DNA of 10,601 nucleotides from Promethearchaeia archaeon (GCA_046483985.1 JAWOCD010000059.1:1-10601); one strand, 5' to 3'; counted from the first letter of the stretch, positions 1 to 7,448 are shown. Notes: generated from the letters alone by a model not told the origin. Translations and numbers: made by a program.

Positions 1-156
1 AATATCATTTTTTTCCGCTAACGATATATTAATTTCTTTTAATCTATTGATTATTTCATCGGTATGGAATATCTTTCTTCGAGATTTTACACAACAGATA
101 TAATGGTAGTTTAATGAATACACCGAATGAGCACCTTTATCAAGTTCGTATCCCAT
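1..156 (-). CDS. tnpA: IS200/IS605-family Y1 (HUH) transposase TnpA, 5' part (runs off the window edge)
   Basis: Manual minus-strand translation from ATG at 156 gives MGYELDKGAHSVYSLNYHYICCVKSRRKIFHTDEIINRLKEINISLAEKNDI, open to the window edge. This matches the typical TnpA N-terminus (H-S-V-Y-x-L-x-Y-H...V-K-Y-R-R-K-x-F...R-L-K-E-I). It lies just inside an IS200/IS605-type hairpin end. Not in the ORF track because it is short and truncated. Confidence 0.9.
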   Translation of the reverse strand, partial: MGYELDKGAHSVYSLNYHYICCVKSRRKIFHTDEIINRLKEINISLAEKNDI

Positions 157-261
157 TCTATTCACTTGGTTACTAAGATAATACCAACCAAATATAAAAA
201 TGTTTGTATAAATACGAAATTCATCCCCACCCTAAAGGGTTGGGACTTCTTTCGCAGATCG
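1..261 (-). mobile_element. IS200/IS605-family insertion sequence, left end and start of tnpA
   Basis: Subterminal hairpin CCCC-ACCC-TAAA-GGGT-TGGG (225-244) nested in an outer imperfect stem TACGAAA (213-219)/TTTCGCA (250-256). On the minus strand TTTAA (266-262) lies immediately outside, consistent with the AT-rich tetra/pentanucleotide target of this family. tnpA reads inward from 156. The exact boundary is inferred. Confidence 0.85.
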
Positions 262-406
262 TTAAATTAGATTTAATATAAATTATTTTGCTTGTCTTAA
301 TTAATTCTACGGATTTTGAAAGAAATATAGTCTTTGGCTATAATAATTTTTAATCATATATATGCAGATATCACGCTCTTTTTCTGAATTTTAAGCGGAG
401 AGAAGA

Positions 407-478
407 TTAAGCGTTTTTGTAACTTAGAAAAAACAGACTTAAAAATGTAAATAAAAAAACTTACGCAAAAGACTATAA
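407..478 (+). repeat. ~70-bp direct repeat, copy 1 (copy 2 at 5260-5327)
   Basis: TTAAGCGTTTTTGTAACTTAGAAAAAACAGACTTAAAAATGTAAATAAAAAAACTTACGCAAAAGACTATAA aligns by eye to 5260-5327 with 6 mismatches and one 4-bp gap. Confidence 0.9.
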
Positions 479-508
479 TAAAAAGAGAATAAACATTATT
501 TTTTAGAA

Positions 509-1684
509 TTATTCGGTAATTCCCTCTTCTGTGATGCTAAAGATTGCTTCCCCTTCGGGTAAATGAGGCGCATCGATAATTTTCGCCACTCTTTGTTGTC
601 CTTTTCCTTTTCTAAGATAAACTCGAATAGTTGAAGCATGTGCCAGAACATTTCCGCCCGTTGCAGTCAGCGGATTTCCATAAAACACATCTGGTTTAGC
701 AGATACTTGATTTGTAAATACAATTGACAAATCGTTATGAATATCACATAATCTTAATAATGTATGTAAATGTTGATTAATACTCTGTTGTCTACTTGCC
801 AGGGTTCCCCTTCCTACATATTCGCTCCTAAAATGTCCTATTAATGAATCAATTATAATGAGCTTGATATTTTTTTCGGAAATTATATTCGTACTCTCCT
901 TTATAAGAAGAACTTGATGATCGGAGTTATAAGCTCTTCCGAATACAATATTTTGTAAAACTTGATCACTGTCCATATCTTTTGCTTCAGCCATTTGAAT
1001 GATGCGTTCGGGTCGAAATGTTCCCTCAGTATCAATATATAGCGCATTGCCCCCCAAGCCGCCAAGTTCTGTCGGCAATTGAACATTCACACATAATTGG
1101 TGTGCGATCTGAGTCTTTCCTGTACGATATTCCCCAAAAAACTCAATTAAACTACCCGTTTCTATTCCTCCTCCCAGAAGGTCATCCAATTCTTGAGCGC
1201 CAGTAGTTATTCTATCAATATCCTTTCTGCGATTCCACTCCTCTGCCGCAGATTTGAAACCCATATTTAATTTTTTCATCGATCGTTTTATTAACTTTTC
1301 CGTGGTTTTCTCTCCAATGCCACTCTCTTCTTTAATTATTTGAGGAGGTGTACATGCAATCGATTCTAAGCTTGTGAATCCTGCTTTCTTTAACTTTCGA
1401 AGAGTTGCTTTTCCCACTCCCCGAAGATTTTTCACTCTTTCAACTGGATCGATTTTATCTTCTTTATCTTGGTTTTCTTCAGATTCATCTTGATCAGCAT
1501 CATCTTTTTCCTTTTTTTTCTCTTCACCATTTTCAGGATCGATATCCTTTGCATATTTCAGATGATTTTTATAGATTTTCCCTTTTATATGGTTCCGTTC
1601 ACATTCAGTACAATAATAAGGATCTCCCATTATCCATCCCGTCTGTTCATTTTGATTTGAATTCATTTGCGCGGCCTTAGCCAT
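509..1684 (-). CDS. radA: DNA repair and recombination protein RadA (Rad51/Dmc1 family) with N-terminal putative Zn-binding and acidic extension
   Basis: HhH N-terminal domain (LRGVGKAT...GIGEKT), FxxA polymerization motif (GFKSA), Walker A GEYRTGKT (1112-1135), YIDTEGTFRPER, Walker B LIIIDS, TNQV, GGNVLAHAST and C-terminal IDAPHLPEGEA. The start is uncertain: ATG 1684, ATG 1666 or ATG 1630 (preceded by GGGATGGA) seem more plausible than the track's TTG at 1753. Confidence 0.95.
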   Translation of the reverse strand: MAKAAQMNSNQNEQTGWIMGDPYYCTECERNHIKGKIYKNHLKYAKDIDPENGEEKKKEKDDADQDESEENQDKEDKIDPVERVKNLRGVGKATLRKLKKAGFTSLESIACTPPQIIKEESGIGEKTTEKLIKRSMKKLNMGFKSAAEEWNRRKDIDRITTGAQELDDLLGGGIETGSLIEFFGEYRTGKTQIAHQLCVNVQLPTELGGLGGNALYIDTEGTFRPERIIQMAEAKDMDSDQVLQNIVFGRAYNSDHQVLLIKESTNIISEKNIKLIIIDSLIGHFRSEYVGRGTLASRQQSINQHLHTLLRLCDIHNDLSIVFTNQVSAKPDVFYGNPLTATGGNVLAHASTIRVYLRKGKGQQRVAKIIDAPHLPEGEAIFSITEEGITE

Positions 1685-1785
1685 TATTTTATCAATCGTT
1701 GGTATTTCGTGTATTTTATATAGATTACTATAAAAATAATGAGTAAGGCGCAATATTTTAAATGTAATAGAGTATAAATTTTTAG

Positions 1786-1800
1786 ATTTATAGTCTTTTA
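1786..1800 (-). promoter_or_regulatory. Putative archaeal BRE/TATA-like element upstream of radA
   Basis: Minus-strand TAAAAGACTATAAAT (purine-rich run followed by TATAAAT). It is identical over 15 bp to 5315-5329 and similar to 467-478. Confidence 0.35.
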
Positions 1801-1811
1801 TTATTAATTCA

Positions 1812-1939
1812 CTAATACTTTAAATGGGCAAGCAAAATCCTCAAAAACCATTATTTACCATCAAAAACCGAGCAAGTCCATCGTCCACATCCGCAAACTT
1901 AAGTCCCAGCTTGGGATCTGTATCAACTAAAAATCTCAT
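1812..1939 (-). pseudogene. Collapsed relic of an inosine/uridine-preferring nucleoside hydrolase (IUNH)
   Basis: ATG 1939 reads MRFLVDTDPKLGLKFADVDDGLARFLMVNNGF* (stop 1841-1843), carrying the IUNH N-terminal Asp cluster DTDP...DxDD. An overlapping shifted frame gives FLRILLAHLKY* (stop 1812-1814), resembling a C-terminal helix. The middle of the gene is absent. Confidence 0.7.
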
Positions 1940-2008
1940 AAAACTCTCTTAAGAATCTAATAAGAAAATAAAACATAATTTAAATAATAAATATTATATT
2001 GTAAGGTA

Positions 2009-4627
2009 ATGAAAGAAGTAAAAATTATCTCATTAGATGGGCAATGGACTCTAAAGCATCCCAATAAGGATATAAATATTGACATAGAGGTGCCCGGATC
2101 GGTCTATGAGGCATTAATCAATGAAAATATAATTGATGATCCCTTTTACGGTGAGAAAGAGCACGATACAGCGTGGGTTTACAAATCAGAGTGGCAAATC
2201 TGTTTAGAGTTTGAAGTAGAACAAGATTTCTTAGAGTATCAGCGAATTTTATTGCAGTTCTCTGGGATTGATACGATTTCCCGTGTTTTTTTAAATGACA
2301 ACTCGCTTGGTTATACCGAGGATATGTTTTTGGGTTACAATTTTAATGTGTCTAAACTACTAAAACCAGGGCGAAACGAACTCGAAGTATTTATTAAAAG
2401 TCCCACAAGAGTAGCAAAGCAGAGAATAAAAAAATATGGAACGAAATTAAGAACATATAAAGCCTTACCCGGAGTTCCATATCTAAGAAAAGCTCAATAT
2501 TCTTTTGGCTGGGATTGGGGACCATGGTTACCCGACATGGGCATATGGAAATCGGTTAAATTAATAGGATCTGATGGAGTAAAAATTGATGGAGTCCAGG
2601 TTATCCAAGATTTTCACTATAATCAAAACCCTTTAGGTATTAAAGACCAAAATGATATTCCTAAGATCCATGTCGATCAAGTCGAACTTGAGATAAGAAT
2701 TCAACTTCAAAATGAAGAAACCAAGCGCTTTCCTTCAAATCTTAATTGTGAGGTTGGTTTGAAGGATAAGGAAAACTTAATTATCAGCGAAAGCCTTGTA
2801 GTCGAGAATAATAATATAGTATTTAATTTCCCCTTGGATAGTCCCCATTTATGGTGGACTCACGATCTTGGTGATCCTTACTTATATGAAATGGTCATTA
2901 TCTTAAAAAAAGGGAGTAAAGTCATTGATCGTAAAAGGTTGAGGATTGGGTTGAGAGATATTAATCTAATCCGTGAATCCGATGAGTGGGGAGAAACATT
3001 TTATTTCCTTTTGAATGGAGTCCCCGTATTTGCGAAGGGGGCAAATTGGGTCCCCATTGATAGTTTTATTCCTCGTGGGAAGAAGCTGGGGCTCTATGAA
3101 ATGAATATTTCCTACGCAAAAGAAGCAAACATGAACATGCTTCGAGTGTGGGGCGGGGGGATCTATGAAGATGATGCCTTTTACGATTTATGTGATCAGC
3201 ACGGGATTTTAGTCTGGCAAGATTTTCCCTTTGCTTGCTCATTATATCCAACGCATGAAAGTTTTTTTGAATTAGTCGAGAAAGAAGCCATTTATAATAT
3301 TGAACGACTCCGAAATCATCCCTCATTGGCATTATGGTGCGGAAATAATGAAATTGAAATGTTCTATATCGCGTATCTGGGACTTTCTCTTATTTTTTGG
3401 CCCCCAAAAGTTATTCGATTTCGAAAAGCGTATAAAAAGATGTTTGAAGATTTATTACCCTCTCTCGTTAACAAGTTTGATCCCACCCGGGATTATTGGC
3501 CCAGTTCTCCGTCAAACGGAGGGACTCATAAAAAAAGCGGTTTAATTAATGGCTCAAATAATCCAGATATGGGAGATTCTCATTTCTGGAAAGTATGGCA
3601 TAGAAGTGCTCCCTTTACTGCATATCGTGATTTTGATTCTCGGTTTATGTCGGAATACGGTTTTGAATCCTTTCCCTCCATAAAAACCATAAAACAATTT
3701 TGTCCCGAAGAACAATATGATTTTTTCTCACCAATCATGGAGAACCATCAAAAAAATGCCGCTGGCAATAAAAAAATTAAAGATTATATGGAACGCCGTT
3801 TTGAAATTCCAGAGAATTTCAGAGATCAAGTCCTTTTATCGCAAATCACACAAGCTGAGGCAATAGAGTATGGAGTGGAACACTGGCGACGGAACAGGAA
3901 TCAATTTCATTGTATGGGATCTTTATATTGGCAATTAAACGATTGTTGGCCAGTTGCCAGTTGGTCCTCATTTGATTATTATGGTCGATGGAAAGCACTC
4001 CATTATATTGCGAAACGGGTATACAAGCCGTTTTTTGCGTCTGTCAAGGAATGTCCTGAAAAAGTGGAATTTTGGATTACCAATGATTACAAAGAAAAGA
4101 GAAAGGGTTTTTTGGAATGGAAAATAATGAATGCAGGGGGAAAATCCCTTTTCTCCGGGGAGGAAAGTTTAATAATACCCCCTTGTAGTTCGGAAAAGCT
4201 AAAAACAATTGACGTAAGTAAATTTAATTGCACAAAAGAGAAGAAACGAAGTCATATCATCTTCTATAAGCTTTACGAGAGTTCAAAAGGTCAATCATTA
4301 TTATATCACGGATTTCGATTATTTGATCAACCCAAATATTTTCCTCTTAAAGATCCTCATATTAAATATGGAATTACCAAATTAAGTACGGATAAGTCTA
4401 CATTTGAATATAAAGTATCTTTAACAACCAAGGAGATTGCACTTTATGTATTCTTCTATTCAGAGAATTTAGATTTTATCGCCTCAGATAATTATTTTTC
4501 AATGGAAAAAGGAGAAACACGAGAAATTAATATAGGAATAAAACATCACAAAGAGCCAGAGGAATTAAATATCGATGAGTTTAAAGAAGCGATAAAAGTA
4601 AGGTCATTAATCGATCTCTCATATTAA
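2009..4627 (+). CDS. Glycoside hydrolase family 2 beta-mannosidase
   Basis: 872 aa. Motifs: RKAQYSFGWDWGP, FAKGANWVP, NMNMLRVWGGGIYE, WQDFPFAC, RLRNHPSLALWCGNNE (acid/base Glu), RFMSEYGFES (nucleophile Glu), GSLYWQLNDCWP and C-terminal SDNYF. No evident signal peptide. Confidence 0.95.
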   Translation: MKEVKIISLDGQWTLKHPNKDINIDIEVPGSVYEALINENIIDDPFYGEKEHDTAWVYKSEWQICLEFEVEQDFLEYQRILLQFSGIDTISRVFLNDNSLGYTEDMFLGYNFNVSKLLKPGRNELEVFIKSPTRVAKQRIKKYGTKLRTYKALPGVPYLRKAQYSFGWDWGPWLPDMGIWKSVKLIGSDGVKIDGVQVIQDFHYNQNPLGIKDQNDIPKIHVDQVELEIRIQLQNEETKRFPSNLNCEVGLKDKENLIISESLVVENNNIVFNFPLDSPHLWWTHDLGDPYLYEMVIILKKGSKVIDRKRLRIGLRDINLIRESDEWGETFYFLLNGVPVFAKGANWVPIDSFIPRGKKLGLYEMNISYAKEANMNMLRVWGGGIYEDDAFYDLCDQHGILVWQDFPFACSLYPTHESFFELVEKEAIYNIERLRNHPSLALWCGNNEIEMFYIAYLGLSLIFWPPKVIRFRKAYKKMFEDLLPSLVNKFDPTRDYWPSSPSNGGTHKKSGLINGSNNPDMGDSHFWKVWHRSAPFTAYRDFDSRFMSEYGFESFPSIKTIKQFCPEEQYDFFSPIMENHQKNAAGNKKIKDYMERRFEIPENFRDQVLLSQITQAEAIEYGVEHWRRNRNQFHCMGSLYWQLNDCWPVASWSSFDYYGRWKALHYIAKRVYKPFFASVKECPEKVEFWITNDYKEKRKGFLEWKIMNAGGKSLFSGEESLIIPPCSSEKLKTIDVSKFNCTKEKKRSHIIFYKLYESSKGQSLLYHGFRLFDQPKYFPLKDPHIKYGITKLSTDKSTFEYKVSLTTKEIALYVFFYSENLDFIASDNYFSMEKGETREINIGIKHHKEPEELNIDEFKEAIKVRSLIDLSY

Positions 4628-4755
4628 TCTGGTCCGATTAATTCACGATATACTTGGTCATTTTTAAATTGCTGGTAATATTCTTCCACTTTGCCGTGGA
4701 TATCTTTGAGTTCTAAAAAAACCTTGATTCAATTAAAACATATTTAATTAATTAA

Positions 4756-5118
4756 CTACAGAAAATGAGTGATTTTTTCTCTTAATTTTGTAATCTTCAT
4801 GACTAAATTAAATTTCTTTCTACTATTCCGATATTCTTGATCCTCTAAAATTCGTTTTAATTCATTTAACTGGTGTAATAAGGAAGTTTTTAGTTCTTCT
4901 CTTGACATATTTTGAGTTCTATCAAATTCTGGGGGGACTTTGGAAATTTTTTTTAGACGGAGATCAGAAATAGCTTTTGCCAGTTTAGATTGGTAACCCT
5001 TAATTACTGAATTGTTGGCATCGTCCAATGAATCAAAACTATGTTGTAGCCCATCGATAAAATCTTCAATGTCATTTATATCCACAGGGTCTTCTAATTC
5101 AGACGGATCTCGCCTCAT
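4756..5118 (-). CDS. Hypothetical alpha-helical/coiled-coil protein (120 aa)
   Basis: ATG-started ORF with protein-like, charged, helix-forming composition and an upstream TATA-like element. No family motif recognised. Confidence 0.7.
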   Translation of the reverse strand: MRRDPSELEDPVDINDIEDFIDGLQHSFDSLDDANNSVIKGYQSKLAKAISDLRLKKISKVPPEFDRTQNMSREELKTSLLHQLNELKRILEDQEYRNSRKKFNLVMKITKLREKITHFL

Positions 5119-5165
5119 AGTTATGGGAAGTTCTACACTTAGTTAAATTGTGTATTCTTGATGAT

Positions 5166-5191
5166 AATAGATTTAAAGGTTTTAATCTATT
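5166..5191. promoter_or_regulatory. Imperfect palindrome overlapping a putative TATA box of the 120-aa gene
   Basis: AATAGATTTAAA-GG-TTTTAATCTATT has 12-bp arms with 1 mismatch. The minus strand reads AAAACCTTTAAAT about 50 bp upstream of ATG 5118. Confidence 0.45.
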
Positions 5192-5233
5192 TAATAATTT
5201 ACATTATATATATTTAAAATTTTACCACTAGAG

Positions 5234-5264
5234 TGCGAAAAAACTTCTTTCGCAGATCGTTAAA
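5234..5264 (-). mobile_element. Degenerate second copy of the IS200/IS605 left end, inner hairpin missing
   Basis: ACTTCTTTCGCAGATCGTTAAA (5243-5264) is identical to 245-266. The outer stem TGCGAAA/TTTCGCA is retained, but the CCCCACCCTAAAGGGTTGGG hairpin is absent. Confidence 0.75.
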
Positions 5265-5327
5265 CGTTGCTGTAACTTAGAAAAGACTGACTTAAAAATG
5301 TAAAAAAACTTACGTAAAAGACTATAA
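5260..5327 (+). repeat. ~70-bp direct repeat, copy 2 (copy 1 at 407-478)
   Basis: About 62 of 68 aligned positions are identical to 407-478 by manual alignment. Confidence 0.9.
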
Positions 5328-5694
5328 ATGAGAAAATTCAAGCAAGACATAAGTTTGCGCTTAGTGACATTCAGAAGGACAAATATGTGAAGAAATACGG
5401 AAAAGTTATGTGGTATTGACCCATCCCTTGAGGGTGGGCAATTCGGACCAGATTACTCCTATACGCTGCGCATTATTAGTGGATTAAGTAAGAATCCAAA
5501 GACCCATGGAACAATAATAGTGGGGCTAAGATCAGAACGATTACACGAAAAATTTAACGATTTTAATAAAAGAAAAATCAAGAAAGGATATTGGACACAA
5601 GTGCAACGGTAAATTAACAGCAGCAGAAGAATTAGGATTTCATGACCTCGCAATTTGGCGAGTTCTCGGTACATTTTCATTTTTCTTAAAATAA
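5324..5694 (+). pseudogene. Collapsed relic of a UxaA/GarD-family (altronate/galactarate) dehydratase
   Basis: Three ordered fragments in different frames. SAF domain: INEKIQARHKFALSDIQKDKYVKKYGKV (5324-5407). Core: HPL..GQFGPDYSYTLRIISGLSKNPKTHGTIIVGLRSE (5422-5537; family pattern HxxGCxQxGxD...TL..L.GL..NP...VGLGCE). C-terminus: ILDT/CNGKLTAAEELGFHDLAIWRVLGTF (5588-5694). Confidence 0.85.
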
Positions 5695-5759
5695 AAAGCT
5701 TTAATGCTATTTTAATTATTAGAAGTTTGGAGATTAATGAGCGGGTTCATAAAAGATTC

Positions 5760-6473
5760 TCAATTATGAAGCTCTTGCAGTATTAAATTGAAATTCTTCT
5801 TTATATCCTTTACTGAATCAAAAATAAAGTCTGGATTAAATTTATCCAGCAATTCTTGGGAATAAATCCCTGTCAAGACAGCGACCGTTACAGCTCCAAT
5901 ATTTTGACCAAATAAGATATCATATTTAGTATCGCCTATAACCACAATATGATCGTCCGGCAGATCAATCATCTTCTGGGCTAATTCAAAAGATTCTGGA
6001 TGGGGTTTCAGATTATCTACAGCGTCTTCGGTTATTATTCGATCTTTAACTTTTTCTTTAAATTCAGGTAAATTTTTGAGACTCCGATTTATTCTATTTT
6101 CTGAAGAGCTAGTTATAATAATGTATTCTATCCCTTTTCGGTCCAAAAATTCGAAAATCTCAAAAACTCCATCATAGGTAATAATATTCTTCGATTCCTT
6201 TAGATATTGTCTGCCCGCAAAGATAAGCGCGGAGAGACGCTTAAAGAAGCCTAATCCCACTTCTTTTAATAATCTCCAAATGATTTTTATTGCCAGAGTG
6301 GTGGAATAACTTTTTTGAAACATTCCTTCTGCAAGATCCTCCAATTCCTTTCTTTTTTCTTTGGAAATGGTGATATCATATTTTTCCATAATTTTCTCTC
6401 GGATTTCGTCTCCAATTTCAGTGGTATTAATTAGTGTACCATCTAAATCAAAGATAAAGCCTATATCATTCAT
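5760..6473 (-). CDS. HAD-superfamily hydrolase (subfamily IA, phosphoglycolate-phosphatase-like)
   Basis: Motif I FDLDGTL, motif II IITSS, motif III KPHPE and motif IV IGDTKYDI. SD-like AAGGGGA lies just upstream of the ATG. Confidence 0.92.
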   Translation of the reverse strand: MNDIGFIFDLDGTLINTTEIGDEIREKIMEKYDITISKEKRKELEDLAEGMFQKSYSTTLAIKIIWRLLKEVGLGFFKRLSALIFAGRQYLKESKNIITYDGVFEIFEFLDRKGIEYIIITSSSENRINRSLKNLPEFKEKVKDRIITEDAVDNLKPHPESFELAQKMIDLPDDHIVVIGDTKYDILFGQNIGAVTVAVLTGIYSQELLDKFNPDFIFDSVKDIKKNFNLILQELHN

Positions 6474-6636
6474 AGGATCCCCTTAAATTGATTAGTCTCT
6501 TGTAGAATTCACGTTTTCCAAAATTACATTTAGACTATCCAGAATTTTGGCAATCATCTTGCTTAAAAAAATCTAAAATCATTATAAAATATTTCTATAT
6601 AGGCCATATCTACTTATAATGTCCCTCTTTTTGAAC

Positions 6637-7401
6637 TTATTCATAATGAATTGATTTAAGAAAGATGATCAATCCAATAATAGCAAGGACGGCATACATT
6701 ATATAACTAGCATAAACTCCCACAATCTCTTCTGGAGATAATAAAAAGATAAAGATTGCCTTTCCCATCGTGGAATTTAAGCCAATTCCCAGAAAAAAAA
6801 TCGTAAATCCTATCCCTGCACCAATAGCTCGTCTCCGTGTATCGCCACTTGATTTATAAGCAAAGAAAAAATAGGTTATTGGTATGAGGAGTGGGAAAAT
6901 AGCCGATATAGAAAGGAAAAACTTTCCGAGTGTGATTTGTTCTGCACCAACGGCTCCTAATGATAACCCTAAAATATAAATAATCGCCAAGAAAGCAGAA
7001 GGAATATACTTAGTCTTTTTAAGGAGAATAAAGGTCTCTAAATCAAAAAGAATAATGAAAAACGCGATTGCCCCTAAAATCGTCCCAGTATACCAAAATA
7101 TAGAATATCTAAAATTCAAATTGGGATCGTAGGTTAACGCTATCTCTGTTTCGGTGGGTGTTAATTGCCAAATGAAAGGATCGAACGTTAACTCAAAGAT
7201 AAACATGACCAGGCGAGATACGGAATAAATAAGCATAAACAATATAATACCTTTCAAATATTTTTTAATATTGGAAGCCTTACCCCGAGATTTCCCATAA
7301 AATAATATTCCCGTTATGATTAAGACGCCTATGACAAGTAAATGACAACTAATAATAATAACATCGATAAATTCAATATTTGATAAACTTTCAAAGATCA
7401 T
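6637..7401 (-). CDS. Hypothetical integral membrane protein, about 7 transmembrane helices
   Basis: 254 aa with about seven hydrophobic stretches. Basic loops KSRGK, KKTK and RRR follow helices 1, 3 and 5. No soluble output domain. Confidence 0.85.
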   Translation of the reverse strand: MIFESLSNIEFIDVIIISCHLLVIGVLIITGILFYGKSRGKASNIKKYLKGIILFMLIYSVSRLVMFIFELTFDPFIWQLTPTETEIALTYDPNLNFRYSIFWYTGTILGAIAFFIILFDLETFILLKKTKYIPSAFLAIIYILGLSLGAVGAEQITLGKFFLSISAIFPLLIPITYFFFAYKSSGDTRRRAIGAGIGFTIFFLGIGLNSTMGKAIFIFLLSPEEIVGVYASYIMYAVLAIIGLIIFLKSIHYE

Positions 7402-7448
7402 AAGTCTAACTTTCCTATATTTGTATTTAAACCATAATATTATAAGAC

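Noticed and set aside
901-1680. ORFs 901-1086, 1018-1206, 1405-1680 and 1469-1660
   Set aside because: They are alternative-frame or antisense ORFs inside radA. Their hydrophobicity mirrors the purine-rich acidic linker on the other strand.
3066-3545. ORFs 3066-3332 and 3300-3545
   Set aside because: They lie fully within the conserved GH2 catalytic domain and show no motifs.
5420-5438. Hairpin CCCATCCC-TTGA-GGGTGGG resembling the IS end or an IscB omega-RNA start, followed by GACCAGA
   Set aside because: It coincides with the codons for HPL..GQFGPD of the UxaA relic, which explains the sequence. There is no IscB ORF nearby.
5459-5680. 73-aa minus-strand ORF in the track
   Set aside because: It is the antisense shadow of the uxaA relic.
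6474-6636. 21-aa minus-strand ORF (MIAKILDSLNVILENVNSTRD) upstream of the HAD gene
   Set aside because: It is too short and has no supporting motif.
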